A DNA stretch of 64,000 bases, from positions 133,424,001 to 133,488,000 of the forward strand of contig OZ024743.1 in the NCBI GenBank assembly GCA_964016885.1, read 5' to 3'. A model generated the notes under the pieces. It saw only the letters and a program-made list of their open reading frames with translations. It was not told the DNA's origin and made no database searches. Below, in pieces: positions 49,748-62,823 of this stretch; position 1 is the stretch's first letter; each line of letters starts with the position of its first letter. The stretch comes from Eledone cirrhosa. Taxonomy: Eukaryota. Position numbers and translations under genes: made by a program.

Positions 49748-50774
49748 TTTGTGCTTGGTGCTTGGTATTTGGTGCTTGGTGCTTGGTGCTGGGTGTTTGG
49801 TGCTTGGTGCTTGGTGTTTGGTGCTTGGTGCTTGGTGCTTGGTGTTTGGTCCTTGGTGCTTGGTGCTTGGTCTTTGGTGCTTGGGTTTTGGTGTTTGGTG
49901 CTTGGTGCTTGGTGTTTGGTGATTGCTGCTTGGTGCTTGGTGTTTGGTGCTTGGTGCTTGGTGATTAGTGTTTGGTGATTGGTGCTTGGGGTTTGCTGTT
50001 TGGTGCTTGGTGCTTGCTGTTTGGTGTTTGGTGTTTGGTTCTTGGTGCTTGGTGTTTGGTGTTTGGTGTCTGGTGCTTGGTGCTTGGTGCTTGGTGTTTG
50101 GTGCTTGGTGCTTGGTGCTTGGTGTTTGGTGCTGCGTGCTTGGTGTTTGGTGCTTGGTGCTTGGTGATTAGTGTTAGGTGTTTGGTGATTGGTGATTGGT
50201 GTTTGATGTTAGGTTCTTGGTGCTTGGTGTTTGGTGTTTGGTGCTTGGTGCTTGGTGTTTGGTGTTTGGTGCTTGGTGCTTGGTGCTTGGTGCTTGGTGT
50301 TAGGTGTTTGGTGCTTGGTGCTTGGTGTTTGGTGCTTGGTGCTTGGTGTTTGGTGCTTGGTGCTTTGTGTTTGGTGCTTGGTGTTTGGTGCTTGGTGCTT
50401 GGTGCTTGGTGCTTGGTGTTAGGTGTTTGGTGCTTGGTGATTGGTGTTTGATGTTAGGTTCTTGGTGTTTGGTGTTTGGTGTTTGGTGCTTGGTGCTTGG
50501 TGTTTGGTGTTTGGTGCTTGGTGCTTGGTGCTTGGTGCTTGGTGTTAGGTGTTTGGTGCTTGGTGATGGGTGCTTGGTGTTTGGTCCTTGGTGCTTGGTG
50601 CATGGTCTTTGGTGCTTGGGTTTTGGTGTTTGGTGCTTGGTGCTTGGTGTTTGGTGCTTGGTGCTTGGTGCTTGGTGCTTGGTGTTTGGTGCTTGCTGCT
50701 TGGTGCTTGGTGTTTGGTGCTTGGTGCTTGGTGATTATTGTTTGGTGATTGGTGCTTGGGGTTTGGTGTTTGGG

Positions 50775-53700
50775 GCTTGGTGTTTGGTGCTTGGTGCTTG
50801 GTGGCTGGTGTTTGGTGCTTGGTGTTTGGAGTTTGGTGCTTGGTGCTTGGTGCCTGGTGTTTCGTGCTTGGTGCTTGGTGCTTGGTGTTTGGTGATTGGT
50901 GCTTGGTGTTTGGTGTTTGGTACTTGGTGCTTGGTGCTTGGTGCTTGGTGCTTGGTGCTTGGTGTTTGATGCTGCGTGCTTGGTGTTTGGTGTTTGGTGC
51001 TTGGTGCTTGGTGTTTGGTCTTTGGAGCTCGGTGCCTGGTGCTTGTTGTTTGGTGTTTGGCGCTTGGTGCTTGGCGTTTGGTGTTTGGTGCTTGGTGCTT
51101 GGTGCTTGGTATCTGGTGCTTGGTGCTTGATGTTTGGTGTTTGGTGCTTGGTGTTTGGTGTTTGGTGCTTGGTGCTTGGTGTTTGGTGCTTGGTGTTTGG
51201 TGTTTGGTGTTTGATGCTTGGTGTTTGCTGCTTGGTGCTTGGTGCTTGGTGTTTTGTGTTTGGTGATTGGTGCTTGGTGCCTGGTGCTTGGTGCTTGGTG
51301 CTTGTTGTTTGGTGCTTGGTGCTTGGTGATTAGTGTTTGGTGCTTGGTGCTTGCGGTTTGGTGTTTGGTGCTTGGGGTTTGGTGCTTGGTTCTTGGTGCT
51401 TGGTGTTTGCTGCTTGGTGCTTGGTGTTTGGTGCTTGGTGCTTGGTGTTTGGTGTTTGGCGTTTGCTGTTTGCTGTTTGGTGTTTGGTGCTTGCTGTTTG
51501 GTGCTTGGTGCTTGGTGTTTGGTGTTTGGTGTTTTGTGCTTGGTGCTTGGTGTTTGGTGCTTGGTGCTTGGTGCTGGGTGTTTGGTGCTTGGTGCTTTGT
51601 GTTTGGTGCTTGGTGCTTGGTGCTTGGTGTTTGGTCCTTGGTGCTTGGTGCTTGGTCTTTGGTGCTTGGGTTTTGGTGTTTGGTGCTTGGTGCTTGGTGT
51701 TTGGTGCTTGGTTCTTGGTGCTTGGTGCTTGGTGTTTGGTGATTGCTGCTTGGTGCTTGGTGTTTGGTGCTTGGTGCTTGGTGATTAGTGTTTGGTGATT
51801 GGTGCTTGGGATTTGCTGTTTGGTGCTTGGTGTTTGGTGCTTGGTGCTTGATGTTTGGTGTTTGGTGTTTGGTTCTTGGTGCTTGGTGTTTGGTGTTTGG
51901 TGTCTGGTGCTTGGTGCTTGGTGCCTGGTGTTTGGTGCTTGGTGCTTGGTGCTTGGTGTTTGGTGCTGCGTGCTTGGTGTTTGGTGCTTGGTGCTTAGTG
52001 ATTATTGTTTGGTGCTTTGTGTTTGGTGCTTGGTGTTTGGTGCTTGGTGCTTGGTGCTTGGTGCTTGGTGTTAGGTGTTTGGTGCTTGGTGATTGGTTTT
52101 TGATGTTAGGTTCTTGGTGCTTGGTGTTTGGTGTTTGGTGCTTGGTGCTTGGTGTTTGGTGTTTGGTGCTTGGTGCTTGGTGCTTGGTGCTTGGTGCTTG
52201 GTGCTTGGTGCTTGGTGTTTGGTGCTTGGTTCTTGGTGCTTGGTGCTTGGTGTTTGGTGATTGCTGCTTGGTGCTTGGTGTTTGGTGCTTGGTGCTTGGT
52301 GATTAGTGTTTGGTGATTGGTGCTTGGGATTTGCTGTTTGGTGCTTGGTGTTTGGTGCTTGGTGCTTGATGTTTGGTGTTTGGTGTTTGGTTCTTGGTGC
52401 TTGGTGTTTGGTGTTTGGTGTCTGGTGCTTGGTGCTTGGTGCTTGGTGTTTGGTGCTTGGTGCTTGGTGTTTGGTGCTGCGTGCTTGGTGTTTGGTGCTT
52501 GGTGCTTGGTGATTAGTGTTTGGTGCTTTGTGTTTGGTGCTTGGTGTTTGGTGCTTGGTGCTTGGTGCTTGGTGCTTGGTGTTAGGTGTTTGGTGCTTGG
52601 TGATTGGTGTTTGATGTTAGGTTCTTGGTGCTTGGTGTTTGTTTTTGGTGCTTGGTGCTTGGTGTTTGGTGTTTGGTGCTTGGTGCTTGGTGCTTGGTGC
52701 TTGGTGTTAGGTGTTTGGTGCTTGGTGCTTGGTGTTTGGTGCTTGGTGCTTTGTGTTTGGTGCTTGGTGTTTGGTGCTTGGTGCTTGGTGCTTGGTGTTA
52801 GGTGTTTGGTGCTTGGTGATTGGTGTTTGATGTTAGGTTCTTGGTGCTTGGTGTTTGGTGTTTGGTGCTTGGTGCTTGGTGTTTGGTGCTTGGTGCTTGG
52901 TGCTTGGTGCTTGGTGCTTGGTGTTAGGTGTTTGGTGCTTGGTGATGGGTGCTTGGTGTTTGGTCCTTGGTGCTTGGTGTTTGGTGATTGCTGCTTGGTG
53001 CTTGGTGTTTGATGCTTGGTGCTTGGTGATTAGTGTTTGGTGATTGGTGCTTGGGGTTTGGTGTTTGGGGCTTGGTGTTTGGTGCTTAGTGCTTGCTGTT
53101 TGGTGTTTGGTGTTTGGTTCTTGGTGCTTGGTGTTTGGTGCTTGGTGTTTGGTGCTTGGTGCTTGGTGCTTGGTGTTTGGTGCTGCGTGCTTGGTGTTTG
53201 GTGTTTGGTGCTTGGTGCCTGGTGCTTGTTGTTTGGTGTTTGGTGCTTAGTGCTTGGTGTTTGGTGTTTGGTGCTTGGTGCTTGGTGGCTGGTGTTTGGT
53301 GCTTGGTGTTTGGAGTTTGGTGCTTGGTGCTTAGTGCCTGGTGTTTCGTGCTTGGAGCTTGGTGCTTGGTGTTTGGTGATTGGTGCTTGGTGTTTGGTGT
53401 TTGGTACTTGGTGCTTGGTGCTTGGTGCTTGGTGCTTGGTGCTTGGTGTTTGATGCTGCGTGCTTGGTGTTTGGTGTTTGGTGCTTGGTGCTTGGTGTTT
53501 GGTGTTTGGAGCTCGGTGCCTGGTGCTTGTTGTTTGGTGTTTGGCGCTTGGTGCTTGGTGTTTGGTGTTTGGTGCTTGGTGCTTGGTGCTTGGTATCTGG
53601 TGTTTGGTGCTTGATGTTTGGTGTTTGGTGCTTGGTGTTTGGTGTTTGGTGCTTGGTGCTTGGTGTTTGGTGCTTGGTGTTTGGTGTTTGGTGTTTGATG

Positions 53701-54490
53701 CTTGGTGTTTGCTGCTTGGTGCTTGGTGCTTGGTGTTTTGTATTTGGTGATTGGTGCTTGGTGCCTGGTGCTTGGTGCTTGGTGCTTGTTGTTTGGTGCT
53801 TGGTGCTTGGTGATTAGTGTTTGGTGCTTTGTGCTTGCGGTTTGGTGTTTGGTGCTTGGGGTTTGGTGATTGGTGCTTGGTGCTTGGTGTTTGGTGCTTA
53901 GTGCTTGGTGTTTGGTGCTTGGTGCTTGGTGTTTGGTGTTTGGCGTTTGCTGTTTGCTGTTTGGTGTTTGGTGCTTGCTGTTTGGTGCTTGGTGCTTGGT
54001 GTTTGGTGTTTGGTGTTTTGTGCTTGGTGCTTGGTGTTTGGTGCTTGGTGCTTGGTGCTGGGTGTTTGGTGCTTGGTGCTTGGTGTTTGGTGCTTGGTGC
54101 TTGGTGCTTGGTGTTTGGTCCTTGGTGCTTGGTGCTTGGTCTTTGGTGCTTGGGTTTTGGTGTTTGGTGCTTGGTGCTTGGTGTTTGGTGCTTGGTTCTT
54201 GGTGCTTGGTGCTTGGTGTTTGGTGATTGCTGCTTGGTGCTTGGTGTTTGGTGCTTAGTGCTTGGTGATTAGTGTTTGGTGATTGGTGCTTGGGATTTGC
54301 TGTTTGGGGCTTGGTGTTTGGTGCTTGGTGCTTGATGTTTGGTGTTTGGTGTTTGGTTCTTGGTGCTTGGTGTTTGGTGTTTGGTGTCTGGTGCTTGGTG
54401 CTTGGTGCTTGGTGTTTGGTGATTGGTGCTTGGTGCTTGGTGTTTGGTGCTGCGTGCTTGGTGTTTGGTGCTTGGTGCTTGGTGATTAGT
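50775..54490 (+). repeat. Duplicated ~1.2-kb block at offset 2484 (~50775-52000 vs ~53260-54490), with a ~518-bp duplication (~51700-52630) overlapping and between the copies; boundaries approximate
   Basis: ORF offsets 2484 (50896/53380, 50976/53460, 51333/53817, 51788/54272) and 518 (51788/52306, 51799/52317). The variant TTGGGAT occurs in all three related segments. Confidence 0.78.
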
Positions 54491-57400
54491 GTTTGGTGCT
54501 TGGTGCTTGGGGTTTGGTGTTTGGTGCTTGGGGTTTTGTGTTTGGTGCTTGGTGCTTGGTGTTTGGTGCTTGGTGCTTGGTGTTTGGTGCTTGGTGCTTT
54601 GTGTTTGGTGCTTGGTGTTTGGTGCTTGGTGCTTGGTGCTTGGTGTTAGGTGTTTGGTGCTTGGTGATTGGTGTTTGATGTTAGGTTCTTGGTGCTTGGT
54701 GTTTGGTGTTTGGTGCTTGGTGCTTGGTGTTTGGTGTTTGGTGCTTGCTGCTTGGTGCTTGGTGTTTTGTGTTTGGAGTTTGGTGCTTGGTGTTTGGTGC
54801 TTCGGTCTTGGTGTTTTGTGTATGGTGCTTGGTGCTTGGTGTTTGGTGTTTGGTGCCTGGTGCTTGGTGTTCGGTGCTTGGTGTTTGGTGTTTGGTGATT
54901 GGTGCTTGGTGTTTGGTGCTTGGTGCTTGGTGCTTGGTGCTTGGTGTTAGGCGTTTGGTGCTTGGTGCTTGGTGTTTGATGTTTGGTCCATGGTGCTTGG
55001 TGTTTGGTATTTTGTGCTTGGTGCTTGGTGTTTGGTGTTTGGTGCTTGGTGCTTGGTGTTTGGTGTTTGGTGCTTGCTGCTTGCTGCTTGGTGTTTGGTG
55101 CTAGGGGCTTGGTGCTTGGTGTTTCGTGTTTGGTGCTTGGTGCTTGGTGTTTGGTGTTTGGTGCTTGGTGCGTGGGACTTGGTGTTTGGTGCTTGGTGTT
55201 TGGTGCTTGGTGTTTGGTGCTTGGTGCCTGGTGCTTGGTGATTGGTGTTTGGTGCTTGGTGTTTGGTGCTTGGTGTTTGGTGCTTGGTGTTCGGTGCTTG
55301 GTGCTTGGTGTTTGCTGTTTGCTGTTTGCTGTTTGGTGTTTGGTGTTTGCTGTTTGGTGTTTGCTGTGTGGTGTTTGGTGTTTGGTGCTTGCTGTTTGGT
55401 ACTTGGTGCTTGGTGTTTGGTGTTTGGTGCTTGGTGTTTGGTGCTTGGTGCTTGGTGCTGGGTGTTTGGTGCTTGGTGCTTGGTGTTTGGTGCTTGGTGC
55501 TTGGTGCTTGGTGTTTGGTCCTTGGTGCTTGGTGCTTGGTCTTTGGTGCTTGGGTTTTGGTGTTTGGTGCTTGGTGCTTGGTGTTTGGTGCTTGGTGCTT
55601 GGTGCTTGGTGTTTGGTGCTTGCTGCTTGGCGCTTGGTGTTTGGTGCTTGGTGCTTGGTGATTAGTGTTTAGTGATTGGTGCTTGGGGTTTGGTGTTTGG
55701 GGGCTTGGTGTTTGGTGCGTGGTGCTTGCTGTTTGGTGTTTGGTGCTGGGTGTTTGGTGCTTGGTGCTTGGTGTTTGGTGCTTGGTGCTTGGTGCTTGGT
55801 GCTTGGTGTTTGGTGCCTGGTGCTTGGTGCTTGGTGCTTGCTCTTTGGTGTTTGGTGTTTGGTACTTGGTGCTTGGTGTTTGGTGTTTGGAGCTTGGTGC
55901 TTGGTGCTTGGTGTTTGGTGCTTGGTGCTTGGTGATTAGTGTTTGGTGATTGGTGCTTGGGGTTTGGTGTTTGGTGCTTGGTGTTTGGTGCTTGGTGCTT
56001 GCTGTTTGGTGTTTGGTGTTTGGTTCTTGGTGCTTGGTGTTTGGTGTTTGGTGCTTGGTGCTTGGTGTTTGGTGTTTGGTGCTTGGTGCTTGGTGTTTGG
56101 TGCTTAGTGCTTGGTGCTTGGTGCTTGGTGTTTGGTATTTGGTGTTTGCTGTTTGGTGTTTGGTGCTTGGTGCTTGGTGCTTGGAGCTTGGTGTTTGGTG
56201 TTTAGTGCTTGGTGCTTGGTATTTGGTGTTTGGTGCTTGGTGCTTGGTGTCTGGTGTTTGGTGCTTGGTGCTTGGTGTTTGGTTATTGGTGTTTGGAGAC
56301 TGGTGTTTGGTGCTTGGTGCTTGGTGCTTGGTGCCTGGGGCTTGTTGTTTGGTGTTTGGTGCTTGGTGCTTGGTGCTTGGTGTTTGATGTTTGGTCCTTG
56401 GTGCTTGTTGTTTGGTGTTTGGTGCTTGGTGCTTGGTGTTTGGTGTTTGGTGCTTGCTGCTTGCTGCCTGGTGTTTGGTGCTTGGTGATTGGTGCTTGGT
56501 GTTTTATGCTTGGTGCTTGGTGTTTGGTGCTAGGGGCTTGGTGCTTGATGCTTGGTGTTTGGTGCTTGGTGCTTGCTGTTTGGTGCTTGGTGCTTGGTGC
56601 TTGGTGTTTGGTGTATGGTGTTTGGTGCTTGGTGTTTGGTGCTTGGTGCTTGGTGATTGGTGCTTATTGTTTGGTGCTTGGTGCTTGGTGATTGGTGCTT
56701 GGTCTCTGATGCTTGGTGTTTGGTGTTTGGTGCTTGGTGCTTGGTGCTTGGTGATTAGTGTTTGGTGCTTGGTGCTTGGTGTTTTGTGCTTGGTGTTTGG
56801 TGCTTGGTGCTTGGTGTTTGGTGTTTGGTGCTTGGTGCTTGGGGCTTTGTGTTTGGTGCTTAGTGTTTGGTGCTTGGTGTTTGGTGCTTGGCGCTTGGTG
56901 CTTGGTGTTTGGTGTATGGTGTTTGGTGCTTGGTGTTTGGTGCTTGGTGCTTGGTGCTGGGTGGTTGGTGTTTGGTGTTTGGTGCTTGGTGATTGGTGCT
57001 TATTGTTTGGTGCTTGGTGCGTGGTGCTTGGTGCTTGGTGTTTTGCGCTTGGTGCTTGGTGTTTGGTGCTTGGTGCTTGGTGCTTGGTGATTAGTGTTTG
57101 GTGCTTGGTGCTTGGTGCCTGGTGCTTGGTGCTTGGTGCTTGTTGTTTGGTGCTTGGTGCTTGGTGATTAGTGTTTGGTGCTTGGTGCTTGGGGTTTGGT
57201 GTTTGGTGCTTGGTGTTTGGTGTTTGGTGCTTGGTGCTTGGTGCTTTGTGTTTGGTGCTTGGTGTTTGGTGCTTGGTGCTTGGTGATTGGTGTTTGATGT
57301 TAGGTTCTTGGTGCTTGGTGTTTGGTGTTTGGTGCTTGGTGCTTGGTGTTTGGTGTTTTGTGCTTGCTGCTTGGTGCTTGGTGTTTTGTGTTTGGAGTTT

Positions 57401-59337
57401 GGTGCTTGGTGTTTGGTGCTTGGTGCTTGGTGTTTGGTGTTTGGTGCTTGGTGCTTGGTGTTTGGTGTTTGGTGTTTGGTGTTTGGTGATTGGTGCTTTG
57501 TGTTTGGTGCTTGGTGCTTGGTGCTTGGTTCTTGGTGTTAGGCGTTTGGTGCTTGGTGCTTGGTGTTTGATGTTTGGTCCTTGGTGCTTGGTGTTTGGTA
57601 TTTGGAGCTTGGTGCTTGGTGTTTGGTGTTTGGTGCTTGCTGCTTGCTGCTTGGTGTTTGGTGCTAGGGACTTGGTGCTTGGTGCTTGGTGTTTGGTGCT
57701 TGGTGTTTGGTGTTTGGTGCTTGGTGCGTGGGACTTGGTGTTTGGTGCTTGGTGTTTGGTGCTTGGTGTTTGGTGCTTGGTGCCTGGTGCTTGGTGTTTG
57801 GTGTTTGGTGCTTGGTGTTTGGTGCTTGGTGTTTGGTACTTGGTGTTTGGTGCTTGGTGCTTGGTGCTTGGTGCTTGGTATTTGGTGTTTGGTGCTTGGT
57901 GCTTGGTGTTTGATGTTTGGTCCTTGGTGCTTGGTGTTTGGTGTTGTGTGCTTGGTGCTTGGTGCTTGGTGTTTGGTGCTTGGTGCTTGGTGCCTGGTGT
58001 TTGGCGTTTGCTGTTTGCTGTTTGGTGTTTGGTGTTTGCTGTTTGGTGTTTGCTGTTTGGTGTTTGGTGTTTGGTGCTTGGTGCTTGGTGTTTGGTGCTT
58101 GGTGCTTGGTGCTTGGTGTTTGGTCCTTGGTGCTTGGTGCTTGGTCTTTGGTGCTTGGGTTTTGGTGTTTGGTGCTTGGTGCTTGGTGTTTGGTGCTTGG
58201 TGCTTGGTGCTTGGTGCTTGGTGTTTGGTGCTTGCTGCTTGGTGCTTGGTGTTTGGTGCTTGGTGCTTGGTGAGTAGTGTTTGGTGATTGGTGCTTGGGG
58301 TTTGGTGTTTGGGGCTTGGTGTTTGGTGCTTAGTGCTTGCTGTTTGGTGTTTGGTGTTTGGTTCTTGGTGCTTGGTGTTTGGTGTTTGGTGTTTGGTGCT
58401 TGGTGCTTGGTGCTTGGTGTTTGGTGCTTGGTGCTTGGTGCTTGGTGTTTGGTGCTGCGTGCTTGGTGTTTGGTGTTTGGTGCTTGGTGCCTGGTGCTTG
58501 TTGTTTGGTGTTTGGTGCTTAGTGCATGGTGTTTGGTGTTTGGTGCTTGGTGCTTGGTGGCTGGTGCTTGGTGCTTGGTGTTTGGAGTTTGGTGCTTGGT
58601 GCTTGGTGCCTGGTGTTTCGTGCTTGGTGCTTGGTGCTTGGTGTTTGGTGTTTGGTGCTTGGTGTTTGATGCTGCGTGCTTGGTGTTTGGTGTTTGGTTC
58701 TTGGTGCTTGGTGTTTGGTGTTTGGAGCTTGGTGCCTGCTGCTTGTTGTTTGGTGTTTGGTGCTTGATGTTTGGTGTTTGTTGCTTGGTGCTTGGTGCTT
58801 GGTGTTTGGTGTTTGGTGCTTGGTGCTTGGTGTTTGGAGCTTGGTGTTTGGTGTTTGGTGTTTGATGCTTGGTGTTTGCTGCTTGGTGCTTGGTGCTTGG
58901 TGTTTTGTGTTTGGTGCTTGGTGCTTGGTGCCTGGTGCTTGGTGCTTGGTGCTTGTTGTTTGGTGCTTGGTGCTTGGTGATTAGTGTTTGGAGCTTGGTG
59001 TTTGGTGTTTGGTGTTTGGTGCTTGGTGTTTGGTGCTTGGTATTTGATGCTGCCTGCTTGGTGTTTGGTGTTTGGTGCTTGGTGCTTGGTGTTTGGCGTT
59101 TGGAGCTCGGTGCCTGGTGCTTGTTGTTTGGTGTTTGGCGCTTGGTGCTTGGTGTTTGGTGTTTGGTGCTTGGTGCTTGGTGCTTGGTATCTGGTGTTTG
59201 GTGCTTGATGTTTGGTGTTTGGTGCTTGGTGTTTTGTGTTTGGTGATTGGTGCTTGGTGCCTGGTGCTTGGTGCTTGGTGCTTGTTGTTTGGTGCTTGGT
59301 GCTTGGTGATTAGTGTTTGGTGCTTGGTGCTTGCGGT

Positions 59338-62300
59338 TTGGTGTTTGGTGCTTGGGGTTTGGTGCTTGGTGCTTGGTGCTTGGTGTTTGGTGCTTGGTGC
59401 TTGGTGTTTGTTGCTTGGTGCTTGGTGTTTGGTGTTTGGTGTTTGCTGTTTGCTGTTTGCTGTTTGGTGCTTGCTGTTTGGTGCTTGGTGCTTGGTGTTT
59501 GGTGTTTGGTGTTTTGTGCTTGGTGCTTGGTGTTTGGTGCTTGGTGCTTGGTGCTGGGTGTTTGGTGCTTGGTGCTTGGTGTTTGGTGCTTGGTGCTTGG
59601 TGCTTGGTGTTTGGTCCTTGGTGCTTGGTGCTTGGTCTTTGATGCTTGGTGTTTGGTGTTTGGTGCTTGGTGCTTGGTGCTTGGTGATTAGTGTTTGGTG
59701 CTTGGTGCTTGGTGTTTTGTGCTTGGTGTTTGGTGCTTGGTGCTTGGTGTTTGGTGTTTGGTGCTTGGTGCTTGGGGCTTGGTGTTTGGTGCTTAGTGTT
59801 TGGTGCTTGGTGTTTGGTGCTAGGCGCTTGGTGCTTGGTGTTTGGTGTATGGTGTTTGGTGCTTGGTGTTTGGTGCTTGGTGCTTGGTGCTGGGTGGTTG
59901 GTGTATGGTGTTTGGTGCTTGGTGATTGGTGCTTATTGTTTGGTGCTTGGTGCTTGGTGCTTGGTGCTTGGTCTTTGGTGCTTGGTGTTTGGTGTTTGGT
60001 GCTTGGTGCTTGGTGCTTGGTGATTAGTGTTTGGTGCTTGGTGCTTGGTGCCTGGTGCTTGGTGCTTGGTGCTTGTTGTTTGGTGCTTGGTGCTTGGTGA
60101 TTAGTGTTTGGTGCTTGGTGCTTGGGGTTTGGTGTTTGGTGCTTGGTGTTTGGTGTTTGGTGCTTGGTGCTTGGTGTTTGGTGCTTGGTGCTTGGTGTTT
60201 GGTGCTTTGTGCTTTGTGTTTGGTGCTTGGTGTTTGGTGCTTGGTGCTTGGTGCTTGGTGCTTGGTGTTAGGTATTTGGTGCTTGGTGATTGGTGTTTGA
60301 TGTTAGGTTCTTGGTGCTTGGTGTTTGGTGTTTGGTGCTTGGTGCTTGGTGTTTGGTGTTTGGTGCTTGCTGCTTGGTGCTTGGTGTTTTGTGTTTGGAG
60401 TTTGGTGCTTGGTGTTTGGTGCTTGGTGCTTGGTGTTTGGTGTTTGGTGTTTGGTGTTTGGTGATTGGTGCTTTGTGTTTGGTGCTTGGTGCTTGGTGCT
60501 TGGTTCTTGGTGTTAGGCGTTTGGTGCTTGGTGCTTGGTGTTTGATGTTTGGTCCTTGGTGCTTGGTGTTTGGTATTTGGAGCTTGGTGCTTGGTGTTTG
60601 GTGTTTGGTGCTTGCTGCTTGCTGCTTGGTGTTTGGTGCTAGGGACTTGGTGCTTGGTGCTTGGTGTTTGGTGCTTGGTGTTTGGTGTTTGGTGCTTGGT
60701 GCGTGGGACTTGGTGTTTGGTGCTTGGTTCTTGGTGCTTGGTGTTTGGTGTTTGGTGCTTGGTGCTTGGTGCTTGGTGTTTGGTGCTTGGTGCTTGGTGA
60801 TTAGTGTTTGGTGATTGGTGCTTGGGGTTTGGTGTTTGGTGCTTGGTGTTTGGTGCTTGGTGCTTGCTGTTTGGTGTTTGGTGTTTGGTTCTTGGTGCTT
60901 GGTGTTTGGTGTTTGGTGCTTGGTGCTTGGTGATTGGTGTTTGGTGCTTGGTGCTTGGTGCTTGGTGTTTGGTGCTGCGTGCTTGGTGTTTGGTGTTTGG
61001 TGCTTGGTGCCTGGGGCTTGTTGTTTGGTGTTTGGTGCTTGGTGCTTGGTGTTTGGTGTTTGGTGCTTGCTGCTTGCTGCTTGGTGTTTGGTGCTTGGGG
61101 TTTGGTGCTTGGTGCTTGGTGCTTGGTGTTTGGTGCTTGGTGCTTGGTGTTTGTTGCTTGGTGCTTGGTGTTTGGTGTTTGGTGTTTGCTGTTTGCTGTT
61201 TGCTGTTTGGTGCTTGCTGTTTGGTGCTTGGTGCTTGGTGTTTGGTGTTTGGTGTTTTGTGCTTGGTGCTTGGTGTTTGGTGCTTGGTGCTTGGTGCTGG
61301 GTGTTTGGTGCTTGGTGCTTGGTGTTTGGTGCTTGGTGCTTGGTGCTTGGTGTTTGGTCCTTGGTGCTTGGTGCTTGGTCTTTGATGCTTGGTGTTTGGT
61401 GTTTGGTGCTTGGTGCTTGGTGCTTGGTGATTAGTGTTTGGTGCTTGGTGCTTGGTGTTTTGTGCTTGGTGTTTGGTGCTTGGTGCTTGGTGTTTGGTGT
61501 TTGGTGCTTGGTGCTTGGGGCTTGGTGTTTGGTGCTTAGTGTTTGGTGCTTGGTGTTTGGTGCTAGGCGCTTGGTGCTTGGTGTTTGGTGTATGGTGTTT
61601 GGTGCTTGGTGTTTGGTGCTTGGTGCTTGGTGCTGGGTGGTTGGTGTATGGTGTTTGGTGCTTGGTGATTGGTGCTTATTGTTTGGTGCTTGGTGCTTGG
61701 TGCTTGGTGCTTGGTCTTTGGTGCTTGGTGTTTGGTGTTTGGTGCTTGGTGCTTGGTGCTTGGTGATTAGTGTTTGGTGCTTGGTGCTTGGTGCCTGGTG
61801 CTTGGTGCTTGGTGCTTGTTGTTTGGTGCTTGGTGCTTGGTGATTAGTGTTTGGTGCTTGGTGCTTGGGGTTTGGTGTTTGGTGCTTGGTGTTTGGTGTT
61901 TGGTGCTTGGTGCTTGGTGTTTGGTGCTTGGTGCTTGGTGTTTGGTGCTTTGTGCTTTGTGTTTGGTGCTTGGTGTTTGGTGCTTGGTGCTTGGTGCTTG
62001 GTGCTTGGTGTTAGGTATTTGGTGCTTGGTGATTGGTGTTTGATGTTAGGTTCTTGGTGCTTGGTGTTTGGTGTTTGGTGCTTGGTGCTTGGTGTTTGGT
62101 GTTTGGTGCTTGCTGCTTGGTGCTTGGTGTTTTGTGTTTGGAGTTTGGTGCTTGGTGTTTGGTGCTTGGTGCTTGGTGTTTGGTGTTTGGTGTTTGGTGT
62201 TTGGTGATTGGTGCTTTGTGTTTGGTGCTTGGTGCTTGGTGCTTGGTTCTTGGTGTTAGGCGTTTGGTGCTTGGTGCTTGGTGTTTGATGTTTGGTCCTT

Positions 62301-62823
62301 GGTGCTTGGTGTTTGGTATTTGGAGCTTGGTGCTTGGTGTTTGGTGTTTGGTGCTTGCTGCTTGCTGCTTGGTGTTTGGTGCTAGGGACTTGGTGCTTGG
62401 TGCTTGGTGTTTGGTGCTTGGTGTTTGGTGTTTGGTGCTTGGTGCGTGGGACTTGGTGTTTGGTGCTTGGTTCTTGGTGCTTGGTGTTTGGTGTTTGGTG
62501 CTTGGTGCTTGGTGCTTGGTGTTTGGTGCTTGGTGCTTGGTGATTAGTGTTTGGTGATTGGTGCTTGGGGTTTGGTGTTTGGTGCTTGGTGTTTGGTGCT
62601 TGGTGCTTGCTGTTTGGTGTTTGGTGTTTGGTTCTTGGTGCTTGGTGTTTGGTGTTTGGTGCTTGGTGCTTGGTGATTGGTGTTTGGTGCTTGGTGCTTG
62701 GTGCTTGGTGTTTGGTGCTGCGTGCTTGGTGTTTGGTGTTTGGTGCTTGGTGCCTGGGGCTTGTTGTTTGGTGTTTGGTGCTTGGTGCTTGGTGTTTGGT
62801 GTTTGGTGCTTGCTGCTTGCTGC
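59338..62823 (+). repeat. Essentially perfect 1743-bp (249-monomer) tandem duplication: 59338-61080 and 61081-62823; related diverged copies at ~56.7-57.8 kb and ~63.1-64 kb
   Basis: Identical ORF translations at offset 1743 (59691/61434, 60031/61774, 60290/62033, 60549/62292). Offset 1707 to the next copy (61434/63141, 61774/63481) and 2933 to the previous one (56758/59691). Confidence 0.93.
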
